DNA of 64,000 nt, taken from a virus. Taxonomy: Duplodnaviria; Heunggongvirae; Uroviricota; Caudoviricetes. Within the stretch, counting starts at the first letter, position 1. Each line of letters starts with the position of its first letter. The stretch is taken from IMG/VR virus record IMGVR_UViG_3300029605_000001; one strand, given 5' to 3'. Below are positions 1 to 12,800 of this stretch, piece after piece. The notes under the pieces were generated by a model. That model had not been told where the DNA came from, ran no database searches, and was given only the letters and a program-made list of their open reading frames with translations. The translations under genes were made by a program, and so were the position numbers.

Positions 1-301
1 ACATCAGTTCCTTGGACATCAATTTTCCTATGAGAAGGTTGATAATATAGGACCAATAAAAGCTATGAAAAACAGAACTAATGTCGAAAAACCTTACACT
101 GGAGGAAAGGTTGGAAGATTTGATTCCAATGGAAATCTACTTGAAACGTTTGAAACAATGACTGATTGCGTTAAGGCTGGATATAAAAACGCAAAGCTAG
201 TTGCCTTGGGTAAAAGAAATTTTTGCAAAGGCTTTGTATTTAAATATTTAGATTAAGATATAGTCTGAACAATATGGAAACATATTGATTAACAATAATT
301 G
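1..301 (+). mobile_element. 3' portion of group I self-splicing intron in the major capsid protein gene
   Basis: S/P7 element AAGATATAGTC at 255-265, P9 hairpin CAATATG-GAAA-CATATTG at 270-287, terminal G at 301, then the capsid frame resumes at TAC 302. Confidence 0.85.
2..256 (+). CDS. 3' part of intron-encoded homing endonuclease (NUMOD1-like DNA-binding repeats), truncated by window edge
   Basis: Frame open from base 2 (HQFLGHQFSY...KVGRFDSNGNLLETFETMTDCVKAGY...CKGFVFKY), which is a NUMOD1-type pattern. Its TAA overlaps the intron S element. Confidence 0.75.
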   Translation, partial: HQFLGHQFSYEKVDNIGPIKAMKNRTNVEKPYTGGKVGRFDSNGNLLETFETMTDCVKAGYKNAKLVALGKRNFCKGFVFKYLD

Positions 302-1192
302 TACTCAAAATTCTAGAGTTAGATGGAACGTCATCGTAACTTTATGACTACATTTAGAGCAGATGCTTCGTGGTCTTCTCTATATGCAATCCAGGAACAA
401 GTATTTATGAGTATTGCAGATGATAAGGACTAGACTAAGTCAGAAGGAGTATACAAAATGCTTAAGAAAGAAAAAGAGCTTCTTGATACATTTATGTATG
501 CAATGAATACTGGTCTATTATTAAATAAAGGAAATATTGATGTTAATGGTAAACCTACTATTAGTGATCCCGATACTGGTAGACCTATCTATATTGGGGA
601 AGGATATGTTCCACAAATTGAAGCTGCGGCAAATAAATACTCCTATACTGGTAAGCCTAATCTCCCATTATTCTAGATGATTATGTCTGATATGGCTGAC
701 AAGGCACAAAGTGATACTGGAAATAAGTTCGTATTTATTGTTAATAGAAAACTATGGAATGATGTAAACGTAGTGTTAGGATCTTATCTAGCAGACTATA
801 GAACTGATGCTACTTATATGTATTCTAAATCTGCTGCCGGTGGTAGAGGTGGTTATGTTAAAGTTGGGGCTACATTTGATACCTTTGAATATGCTGGTAA
901 CCAGATTTCGTTTGTATGTGATAGAGCTTTAACTAGAGAATATCCTAATAAAGGATATGGTTTATGTATAGACTTAACTGCTGATAAAACTACTGGTACT
1001 CCAGCTCTTGCTAAATTTAGTATCACAGGAAAAGACTTTATGACTAATAAAGTTATTGGTGTTGGAGGATATGATGGCCGTTCATCTGGAGAAGTTGCAA
1101 GTAATGTTGCAGGTAGTAAGTTAGTTATGATGGCTTATGCTGGTGTAGCTGCATTCACTCCACATAGATCAGTTATTTTAAGAGAATCCTAA
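302..1192 (+). CDS. Major capsid protein, 3' exon (TAG=Gln)
   Basis: One frame joins track ORFs 458 and 677 through 4 TAG codons (YSKFQSQMERHRNF...TGRPIYIGEG...VGATF...). Resembles crAss-like MCP and is followed by a terminator and virion genes. Confidence 0.85.
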
Positions 1193-1216
1193 TAATATAT
1201 AAGACAATGAAGATAA

Positions 1217-1254
1217 AGTAGGAGAAGCATTAACACCCTTCTCCTACTATTTTT
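1217..1254 (+). terminator. Rho-independent terminator after MCP
   Basis: AGTAGGAGAAG/CTTCTCCTACT 11-bp stem followed by a T tract. Confidence 0.8.
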
Positions 1255-1273
1255 AATGATAATATGAATTGAT

Positions 1274-2149
1274 ATGGATAATAAATAGGTTACAAAAACT
1301 AATTTAATTTTTAATGATAAAATATTTACTTTAAGAAGTACTTATGATAAGGCTAATATTAAGTATTTTATACAGCCCTGCAAAAATAAGTACGGATAGT
1401 ATCCAAGCTGTATTAAAAGAGTAAATTCCCAAGGAGATATGATAATGAGTGAGAAGGAAAGAAATGATTACTCTGAGGGTAAAGCTGCATTTTTCCCAGA
1501 AAATCACGTATTTGAAATAGTTAGTGGTAAAACTTTTAACTTAGATAATATTTATGATAAAGCTGAGTGGGAAGCAATAGAAAATTGTCCTTTAATTGCT
1601 AAAAGTAGAGATGAGAGAGATATAAATGGAAATTTAGTAATTGATGGTCCAAAATCAACTCCTACTAAGCCTGCTAGGAATGGTGTAGCTGAATTATATA
1701 TTGATAGACCTGGATTAGATACACAAAAGAGAGTATCCCATAAATAGCTTATTCATAAGGCTTGCTCCTATATATATGACGATCCAAAAGGAGTAGATGG
1801 ATAGTTATCAATGGCTAGAGTACTTGGTAAGGATATGAAAAATTAGCCTGCAGCCGATGTTATAGATTTCTTAATTAGAATTGCTGAAAAAGAACCTAAT
1901 AAAATTATTAATCTATATACTGGAGGAGATATGTCATTAAGATTATTATTTATCGAAGCTAAAGAGAAAAAGGTTATTTATGTTAAAAACAAATTATATC
2001 TTTATGCTGATAAAGTTGTGCTTGGTGCTACCGACGATGCAGTTATAGCATGGATGAAAGACCCAAGAAACAAAAATACTCTTGAATTAATTAGAAAGGA
2101 CACCTATCCTGACTATTATCCAGAATCAAGTAATAATACTTCTAATTGA
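1274..2149 (+). CDS. Conserved crAss-like protein downstream of MCP (TAG=Gln)
   Basis: ATG 1274 is in frame with track ORFs 1439 and 1931, separated only by TAG. TGA stop. Confidence 0.8.
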
Positions 2150-2150
2150 T

Positions 2151-3014
2151 ATGACTGTTAGGGATATATGGGAAGCCTTACTTATTGAATTAAGTAAGGT
2201 GAATGCCCCAAGTATCTTACTTGGAGATTTTAATTATTTCCTTAGTAAATCAATAACACAGTATGTAAATAAAAGATACAATGTCTATGATACTAATCAG
2301 TAGACAACTGATGATCTAAGAGTATTAAAAAAATCTAGTTATTTAACAGTAAATAAGGTGGTAAATACAGAATAGCTAGAGGACTTAGAGGACTCAATAA
2401 AATAGAGTCTTGGCACTTCTTATTAGGTTTCATTACCTAGTGATTATTTACATATTTTAAATTGCATATGTATTTATTAGTTATCTAAAAACTATAAATG
2501 CAGTTCTTAGGGGGATTATGTCTAGTTTCCTGCTAAAAAATTAACGGCAGATGCATGGCCAATGATTATGACCAACTACTATAATAGACCTTTACCAGAG
2601 AGACCATACTATTATATAGGGTAGAATGAAACTAGTGAAACTAGTGAAGGTTCTTAGTAGAATTAGTCTAATTCTATTTCATTAGCTAGTCTTAAATCTT
2701 AGGTAAATATAGCATCTACAAGTCCTATTATGGAAATTAGATTTGGAAATGATCCTAGATTTAATTTAGTAAAAGTATACATTGATTATCTAAGAATTCC
2801 TTAGACTATGGAATTAACAAGAGAATAGATTGATTTAATTGAAGATACATCTCAAGTTATGGAATTCCCAGATTATGTATGTAAAGAGATAATAAATGAA
2901 CTGAGAAACTTGGTAATGAGTAATATATCAGATCCAAGATTACAAAATAGTGCTATAGTTTCACAGTCTATTGCACCGTCAGTTCAGCAATAGACACAAC
3001 AACAATCTCAATAA
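2151..3014 (+). CDS. Virion structural protein, probable head-tail ring/connector (TAG=Gln)
   Basis: MTVRDIWEALLIELSKVNAPSILLGDFNYF...TDDLRVL...MEFPDYVCKEIINEL. Open to TAA when TAG is sense. Position fits the crAss capsid module. Confidence 0.7.
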
Positions 3015-3042
3015 AATTGAGATATTTAAATCTTTTTAAATT

Positions 3043-4203
3043 ATGTTTCAATTCACAACAACTAATGTAATTAATTCAAACAAAGACCTAACTACTGGTA
3101 AAGCTCTATGGTCAACTAAAGATGCTACAGGAGATAAACCCGCAGTTTTAAGTGTAAAAAGAGTTGGAAATTTCTCTGCTAATAATGTTATTGCAATATA
3201 TAAAGCTGCTGCAGTTGATCCTGAATTAGCTAAAGCAACTATAGATTTATCTCAAGTTAGTGGAGCTACTGGCGATCAATTCCGCTTACATATCTATATA
3301 GGACTAACTCAAGCTTCTCAAGATTCTAGATATTCTAATGATTTAGAATTAAAAGGAAAACCATTTAGTGTAGATTTTATTTGGGGAGAAGATGCATCTA
3401 AAACTGTAGAGAAACTTGTTAAAACCATTAATAAATATGAGTTACTAGTATATGGCGACAAATTACTTAATGTAACAAGCAAAACTACATTCTTAACAAT
3501 TGAAGCTACTAATGAATATCAGAGATTTGTAGTTTTAAATATAGAGAAATTCGATAAGAGTGCATACCATGGTCTTGGAGAATATAGTGTAGTTAGATCT
3601 CTAGAAGACTTGTCTAAAAAAGACACTAATGCAGAAGTTACTGATACAGCAGAAGGTTATTTTGTAGGAAAAGAAGGATTTGGAACTTATTCATTCTTGC
3701 TACATAATCTAAGAATTCCCACTTCAGCTCGTACTAGAGCTTTTGGAGTTAATTAGGATGAAACTCCAATTATTGGAGCTAAGTACAATCAATATACTAT
3801 TTATTACTGCGTTAATAGAGGCATTCTTGGTGATAATGCTGTAGGAGATTTAGTAAAATCTAGAACAACTCACGTATTCTACGTAAAACAAGACTTAGCC
3901 TCTGGCTTTGAGACAGCTTTAGCTAAGGTTGGAACGGTTATTACTGTTGACAAGGCAGGAACTTCGGATCCTGGAACAACTGCTGGAGATGTTGATACTC
4001 TACAACAAGATGTTGCTCAACTGAAGACTTAGATGGCTAGCAAGGCTGATGCTTCTGCCCTCGCTGCTAAGCAAGATGTTATGTCAGCTGGTAATGGTAT
4101 TGAAATTTCAGGCAATTCTATTGCTGTGAAAGTAGGCGACGATACAATTACAGTAGATAGTGCTGGTGTAAAAGTTACTGAAGGTAAGTTTACAGAAGTG
4201 TAA
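3043..4203 (+). CDS. Virion structural protein with C-terminal coiled-coil/fibre-like extension (TAG=Gln)
   Basis: Track ORF 3043-3756 continues through TAG 3754 and 4030 to TAA 4201. C-terminus DVDTLQQDVAQLK...KQDVMSAGNGIEIS. Confidence 0.75.
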
Positions 4204-4217
4204 TATGATATCTAACA

Positions 4218-4254
4218 AGGCGAGGGCGATTATCGCCTTCGCCTATTTTTTTTT
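4218..4254 (+). terminator. Rho-independent terminator
   Basis: AGGCGAGGGCGA/TCGCCTTCGCCT GC-rich stem followed by T9. Confidence 0.85.
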
Positions 4255-4260
4255 ACTACT

Positions 4261-4935
4261 ATGTTTAATCAAATAGAAAAATTGGCATCTGCTATTAAGA
4301 ATGATATAATATCAGGATTAAGAGGATATCATTCTAATCTATCTATATCAGACGAATAGTTATGTTAGGATATAGTAGATGAAAGACTTCAAATTTTGAA
4401 AGAATATTCTTTAAAGGGAATTTTACCTGTAAAAGATTTATATATATCAATTAACTGTATTCCAGTTGATTGCAAAAGTATAGAAAGATGTAGATGTTAT
4501 GATGATAATGATAAGGTTGCTCATTTTGAGATTCCTTAGATAGTTAATGATTATGGAAACTTATCTATAGATTATTTAGGGTCTGTTGATAGACAAATAC
4601 CATTTGTGTTTTACACATCCCCATCTACATTTAGATATCATAAATATAGAAAAAGAGGTAAAGATAGACCATATGTATGGATAGATACTACTCCTAATGA
4701 AAATGGAATGTATGATTGTTTTGTCTTCAATGCGCCACTTTTAAAATAGGTATCTATTTCTGCAATATTTAAGGACTTAAGATAGTTAGACAACTATTCA
4801 TGTTGTAATGAATTTTAGGATGATAATATGACATTTATTAATACTGAAATTAAGAAAAGATTAACTGAGAAAAAAATTAGGTATTATAGACAATTTAAAG
4901 AGTAGACTTTACCTAATGATTAGCAATACACTTAA
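4261..4935 (+). CDS. Probable tail ring protein (TAG=Gln)
   Basis: MFNQIEKLASAIKNDIISGLRG...CIPVDC. Only TAG interruptions, TAA stop. Missed by the ORF track. Confidence 0.7.
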
Positions 4936-4947
4936 TAATAATTGATT

Positions 4948-5643
4948 ATGAATTTAAATAATTTCCATTACGGACTAAGTTTATTACATACTATGTATGA
5001 TATTACTTTGTAGGAAGATGAATATGAGGAAATTGCTCTAATTGGGTGGAATTTAATAGGTAATAAAAGGGTAAAATTATATAGATATAAAACATGTGTT
5101 GATGAATGTGAACATGGAGTAGAGTTACCATGCAATTGTGACATAATAGAGGCTGTTACTACTAATTTTGAAGATTGGAATTATTCAACCAATGATACCC
5201 CAAATGGTGATTTAAATTCTGCATATGTAGAGTCTTACATTGAACATAGAAAAGCATTTAGAAACCCACTGTATATATCTGGAAAATACATAAAATATGA
5301 AAGGGTTGGAAATACTTTATACTTTGATAGGCCTCATGGGTAGATTAATATTCTATATAAAGGTGTAGTTTTGGATGATGATGGACTACCTGAAATAACA
5401 GATAAAGAAGCTATGGCATTAGCTACATATGTAGCTTATATAACTAAAAATAGGGAAGGTTTAAAGACAAATAATGCTGGATTATTATAGATTGCAGAGA
5501 CTCTAAGATAGAAATGGTTAGTATAGTGTGATTAGGCTAGAGTTGATTACTATATGTCTCAAAATGAGTGGGACTAGGTACTTGATGCCAAAACCTTATG
5601 GTGTAGGAAGTAGCATAATAAGAGCTTTAAATTCTATAATTAA
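4948..5643 (+). CDS. Probable tail ring/tubular protein (TAG=Gln)
   Basis: MNLNNFHYG...VELPCNCDIIEAV...YKGVVLDDDGLP. TAA stop at 5641. Confidence 0.7.
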
Positions 5644-5644
5644 T

Positions 5645-6688
5645 ATGAAACTAGATAGCTCTAAATCTAACTATGCTCTGGGATGTGCATTTACTTTAGA
5701 CTAGATATTAATGAATTTTCCTTATAATAAATTGTCATTAACTTGTTAGGAATGCAAGAATATCATCGGAGACAATCACAGATAGGTATTAGTAAGAAGA
5801 ATATTTACTGAATGCTTTAAAATAGTAATTGATGATATTATAAATAATAATATAACATTCTGGCTTCCACTAACTGGGTAGAAAAAATGTAATCTACATA
5901 TGAGAAGAGTATAGGGAGATGAATTTAAAAATATGAGAAAACATAATAAATGGGGAGATGTAGATATCATATAGTCTATGTTCTCTGGGTGTGAAATAGG
6001 AATGTTTATGTTAGGTAATAGAACACCGAGAGTAAAAACCGTATATGTTGATAACAATAGAAAGAATATCATAACAGATAATACTAATAAGGGTATGCCC
6101 TATGGTGATAGTAAATATGATAAAACTATTAAAGACTATTACAGTATAATGTATGAAAAATTTCCATAGGTTCCTAAAGCTGATATGAATAGAATTTTGA
6201 TTTTCTCATGGAAATCTATATATTTACACAATAGTTATGGTGGAGATGTAATCATTAAGTCAAGGGACTTATGGTGTTATATTGGAAATCTTAATTCTGA
6301 TTCATTAAAGCATTTTCATTACTATATTAAAAAGTTAATAATAAAACTTAGAGTATTATATAGAAGGAAAAAGATATAGTGGGATGGTTACTACTATTTT
6401 GCCCTAACCGAACGCTAGTATGGTGAATACATTCAACAGAGGAATAGTAGAGGCAGACCAAGAAAATATTTCAAATTTAATAATATATACTTATATCAGA
6501 TATTAGATGAATGCAAAATAAATGAATATTCAAAGAAATATATATTTAGGATTCCATATATTTCTAGGCTGAAGATAAAAGTCTTTTTGTAGTAGTTAAT
6601 AACTGATAAAGCAGAATTAATAGATACTAGAGAGCCTCTTAAGTTTAAAGATATATTAGTAAATTATAATGATTATATGTGCTTATGA
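5645..6688 (+). CDS. Conserved basic protein of the tail module, possibly IHF/HU-like (TAG=Gln)
   Basis: Joins track ORFs 5978 and 6185 in one frame, TGA stop overlapping next ATG. Function guessed from position and composition only. Confidence 0.6.
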
Positions 6689-9600
6689 TAAAGAAAGAGA
6701 CTACTAATACATTTAATAAAGGATTGCTAATGGATATTAATCCATTAGTTACTCCAAATAATGTATTAACAAATGCTTTAAATGCAACATTTGTTACAAT
6801 GAATGGGAATGAATAGGTTCTTTAGAATGATAAAGGTAATGTAGAGGTTGTTACTGAATCAGGTATTAAAGCTTAGTTACCGGAAGGATATATCCCAGTT
6901 GGAATGAAAGAATATGGAGGAATAATATATGTTGCCTCGGTTAGACCAAGTGATGGTATGTGTCAAATTGGGTCTTTTCCGTCTCCACAGTAGGTATATA
7001 ATAATAAAAATACATCTCAACTTTCTATAGTATTTAATGGAAGTACGAGCTTTATAGATAATAATTATTTACTTTGGGTATTAATACCGGAAAATATTGA
7101 TTCTTATTTACCAGGAGGAATTGAAGAATTTAATAGGCTATGGAGTAATATAGGAACTTTAATAGATTCCAATGGTTCCAATATAAAATATATAAAAATT
7201 CCATACTTAATAACTCCTAAGTTATAGTATCCCTTATATATAGATTCTAATGGAACTTAGATGCAAATTAAATCTGGGGACTTAATTAATATACTTTCAA
7301 GTGAGTTATCTAGTAATTAGTAGTCAAATTTAAGTGAATGTATTAAGTCAGGATAGTTAAAACTATCATTTGTAGCCAATACTAATTATGGTGGACAATA
7401 TACTATTACTAATGTTCCTAATTCTGAAACATCTTTAGTTAATGGAATTGGAGATTAGTGGTACTATATGGAACCTACTAGTACTCTGTATTTAGATGTA
7501 GAGTTTAATATTATTAAACCAGCTATTTATATAAATAAATCTTCTAAGTCTATTACATATACTATTAATAAAGTAGATTAGGTTAAGTATCTATCTCATG
7601 TGCTTATAATTGATTAGCATGGATATATAATTCCTATGAGTAGTAATGACGATAACTTTTCCCTTACTCTTAATAAAGAATCTAATGATTAGTATTATAT
7701 CTAGGTAGTACCAGTAGGAACATATACAGGATATACCTCTTAGGGAAGTAACCAAGTCCTTGTAAATCCTGAATATACAGATGGTTCAATAAGCTAGTGG
7801 AGATACACGTATAATAATCAAACAGCTGAATTCACTATATAGTACGATAGTGATAAATAGGAAGATCTACAACAGCTTAATATAAGTATTACTGATCTAT
7901 CAAAATTAAGTTATTCCATAATATAGTAGTTAGATAAAGTTAATATAAATAATTATATAGACTAGACTTACACTATAACTACTGAATCTCCTGGAGTGTT
8001 TAATGGAGAATTTCATAATCTTATTGACGGACATCTATACTTAGTCAAAATTTCAAAAACAGTAAATAATGAAATTATAGACATTGAATATAGGACTTTG
8101 TATGCCTGTGAGTTCTATACTAAATTCTATGATGTAGTATATGATTATAATACTCTAACTGAAGAGGCAAGAACCGCAGTTTATGATGAAGAGGATGCAA
8201 GGTTTGATATAGTATATAAAGATAATTATTCTAGTAACACTACTAATAGCTATTACTATAATTACGAAAATAATAAGTTATCAGAAAAAATATAGACTTT
8301 TGGTAGTTGGCAAGCTGAACTATCTAGCTCTAATATTAGTGGAAAGCTTAATCAAAATATTGTAAAACTTAGGTTAGACTTTACTAGAGATATAAGTAAT
8401 CAAGAATTAAATTCAAGTTTAACTAAGGTGTATGGAGGGAATTACTCTTTATCTAAGATAAAAACTTCATTAATATAGTCTTAGTGGGAAACAGAGTACT
8501 AGGCAAATTATTCTATTTCTAGCACAAATTAGACAGCAAGTTTAACCGAGCCAGCTTCAACACTATTAAAACAGATGGATGAAATTAATGAAGCTAAGTG
8601 TTCAATTATTAGTAGTACATTACAATCTCCATCAATTACTATTGATATATCATAGTCGTTTTTTATGGATCTAGAGACTAAATCAGTTTAGTATGAGCAT
8701 TTAGAAAAATGTTTTCCTCGTAGAGCTATTAATATTGTTACTTTTGCTGAATTAGGATGTACCAGTAACAGACTATATTATAATTCTGGTGCAACTATAA
8801 ACGGGTATACATTAGTTAATAATAATAGATTAAGTAATTCATTTTACAAAAATGCTACGTATTGGATTATTGGTAATACTCTTATTTCAAACAATCAAAA
8901 TGTAGAGGAAGTAAACTATAAGCATTCTACAATCTTCTAGGTAAGCCCAGTTGAAGGTATGTTAGATTCTGAATTAATAAGTGATAATACTATATTAGGA
9001 AATTAGTCTAGTACTAAAAGTACTTATATTCCACTAGTTCTATCTAAAACAGTAAATGGATATGATCATTATTTATTTCCTGTTGCTGCAAAGACTTCAA
9101 CTACACTAGTAAATATTATGAATTCAATGATAAATAATATATATCACTTAGTTACAGACCCTTCAACTTTAAAAGCTTAGTCTGAGCTAAATAATTACAG
9201 AAATACTAAAATTACTGTAAGTAATATATAGAATTTAGATGCCTTAGTTTCTGTAACATCTTATTATGATATAGATAATGAAATTACTATGTCAGATATA
9301 TTTAATATAATATCTACTAAGTTTGGAGTTAATGATATTAGTCCAATAATATCAGTTAATCTAAAATATAATAATAAAGACATTACAATCTAGTTAGACA
9401 ACCTTAATTCTGATTATAAGTAGTGCTTTGATTATGACGGAATAACTAACCCCATTAAATATTATGGTTTAACTAAAACATTATGCTCTCCTAGACTTAA
9501 AGATGATATTACTGATATAACTTGTGTAGGTTATTAGATTAGCTCAAATTTGATTATGTATGATAATCTGGGAAATGTATTACCTTAGCTTAATTCTTAT

Positions 9601-9837
9601 GATTACATATATGTAACTAAAGATTTGAATACCATGGAATAGAAAACAATAAAGTAGGTAAGTAATAAAGTATCTCCTATGGAACTAGACTAGATATTTG
9701 TTTATGATTCATCTATGGGATTGTGTATACGTAATAGATATAATACAGACGGCAATGTTACCTTTGGAAAGACACAATATTTCTCAGATCAACCTATTGC
9801 AGATATTTATATTGATAATTTAACATATCTTGAATAA
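6685..9837 (+). CDS. Tail stabilisation/muzzle-like protein, N-terminal part plus long variable region (TAG=Gln)
   Basis: Begins MIKKETTNTFNKGLLMDINP...LTNALNAT...QNDKGN...G.KEYGGIIY, typical of crAss stabilisation-protein N-termini. In frame with track ORF 7996. Confidence 0.7.
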
Positions 9838-9840
9838 AAA

Positions 9841-12800
9841 ATGGCAGATTGGTTTAAATCATTAGACGATATACATATAAGCTAGACTCTAGAAGGACTT
9901 AGAGATGAAGGAGATCTAGTTTATGAATATAATCCATTTAAAGCGTTAAGACAAGATGATGGAAAAATAATAGATTTAGAAACTCCCCTTTTGAATTTTG
10001 ATATAAATCATCCTGTAGATATTGATATATAGGTTTCATATGATGGCTCTTCTAATTTAATTATCAATGATAATAAAAATCCGCCTAGATTAATAAATTC
10101 TAGATTTATACCTACAGGACTTAATACATACAAGATAGCAGATAGAGAAGGAGATTAGGATTCTAATATATATAATAGTAATAGTTTTGAATCAGATATT
10201 TCATTATATAAAAAGGTAAAATCTATAGTTAATATAGATTTTTTAGGAATTACCCAATAGGGAAACTTAAAAGTTGGTAATTACGTATTTTACTTTAAGG
10301 GATGTGATGATGATGGTAATGAATCGGACTTTATAGGAGAATCAGGAATAGTAACTTGTTATAAAGGAAACCTAAATGATCCAAAAACTATAGATGGAGG
10401 CTTTAGAGATGAAGTTAGTTATAAAGCTGCTAGTTTTTATTTAAGTAATATAGACACATCCTATACTTATATAAGTGTGTACTATACTAGAAGTACTTCA
10501 GACTTAGATTAGTCTGAAACTACTACTGCTGTAAAGATTGATAGAAAATTCCCAATATATAATGGAGAATGTAAAGTCTATATTTCTGGATTTGATTCTG
10601 AGGATTAGATTTCTCTTAATGATATTAATGCATCTTACACATACATTAATAAATGTTAGTGCTAGGCTATAAGTTAGAATAGATTATTTTTTGGAAATTT
10701 CATTTAGGATATATAGAATTATAAAATTTTTCAAGATTTAGCATTACGTATGTTACCATATGCAATATATGAAAAGGCAGAGTTAATGACAATTCATTAC
10801 AATGCTATTAATGGTAATTTTATGTACTATGACCCAAATAACATTTACTATCGACTAGGATACTGGGACGAAGAAATATATAGATTTGGAATAGTATTTA
10901 TTTAGAATGATTATTCTCTATCTCCAGTATTTAATATAAGAGGTATTAATAAACTTCCTATATTTGAATAGATTAATGATGTCTATACTAGTTTTAATAT
11001 GTATAATGAGAATGGAGAACTAGACTATATTCAAATAAATAAGTACACTGATAAGTTATCAACTACAGAAAACTCAGCAGGAGTGTGTAGATTCTAGTAT
11101 TCTGGAGGGGGATGTGGATCGTTACCAATAATTAGTTTAGGTATCTATATAGATTAGAATGTGCTTACTGAATTAAGAAAGATTTCTAAAGGATTCTTTA
11201 TAGTTAGACAAAAGAGAATTCCTACAATTCTATGTTAGGCACTGATTACTGGATACGATGAAATTAGCCACTTACCTGCATTGAAAATTTCAACTTAGTA
11301 TGGAAGTAAATATATGATAGAGTCTTTTCTGTCTTAGAACTCCGATACTAAATAGTAGCTAGTGCATGATTTTAATAGTAGAATTTATACTTTTAATAGA
11401 AGTATAAATAATATAGGTAAGGCTTGTACAGCAATTTGTCCTGAGTACGAACTTAGATAGCCATATTTTAATTCTCTATTTACTGGAGGAGAATTTATGC
11501 TAACACAGCCTAGCTTTAAGCCTTATGACAATTATCTACATCATACTACTGGATCTGGAGAAGAGAATCATTTTTATCTAAAATCTTATAATTCTAGTTA
11601 TGAAAACAACTACTACCAGTATGATAATATCTAGAAATAGTATAAAGCATATATTATAGGAGTTCCAGATAATACTAAATACTTAAGTACAGTAAATACT
11701 ATATATTCAGCTAGAGCTGGGGAAGCTGAAGAAGCTTGGAGAGTATCAGAAATTAATTATGAAAATTCTGATGTTGGATCAGCTGCTTTAAATCTAGCTA
11801 GAGGGTCATTCGGATCATATCTTGGAATAGAAACTCTTCCAGGATATACTTTAGAAGATTGTGATATTCTTAATATTAGAATACCCGGATATGATGATAG
11901 TTTATTAGAAGAGTATTTCTAGTTGAGGTATTAGGATGATTCTGCATACTATGCTGTTACAGATAGACTTTCTTGGGACTCTGATAAATTAGAGAAATAG
12001 GATAATTCATATAAACTAGAAAACATTTATAGAGGAGACTGTTATATATGTCAATATACTCATAGAATGAATAGAAATTTCTAGGATCCTGATACTCCTA
12101 CTAATGATGATATTGTGAATAAAAATACTTGGAAGGATAATTATCAAGGATTAAATCCAGATTATACTGATGATCTAGATAATAGTAAAATTAATAGAGG
12201 AGATGTTAATGCTGTTAAAATAGGACATTGGGTTACGTTTACAGTAAGAGCAAATATAAACTTATCCATAAGAAGTACTGATAGTTCTAATACGTAGGAA
12301 GTATCTTTAACTGGTATTAATAGATCTTTCTATCCTATTAGATAGATGTTTGCTAATGGAAACGAAAAAATTCCAGAATCTCATGGATATAATAAAGGAA
12401 TAAGTTCTACTACTTCTGACAAATACAATTATGTGACTCCAGATGTTCCTGCATTTAAATAGAATTTCTAGAATAGAATTATATATTCTAATATAACAGC
12501 AAATGATTCATTTAGAAATGGATTTAGATTATTTTTACTAGATGATAAATAGGATTTTCCAAGTACTTATGGAGCAATAATTCAATTAATAGAACTATAT
12601 GGTTCTTTATTATGTGTATGTGAACATGGAGTACTTCTAATTCCAGTTAATGAAAGAACAGCAGCTGGTAGTGGAGCTGGAGGTACTGTATATATTAACA
12701 CAGATAAGGTATTACCTTAGAATCCAAAAGTACTATCTGACACATATGGGTCATAGTGGTAGGAAAGTGTTATAAAAACATAGACAGGGACTCATAGTAT

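Noticed and set aside
2628..2648. GAAACTAGT tandem duplication
   Set aside because: A 9-nt in-frame slippage repeat in a low-complexity loop, not an array.
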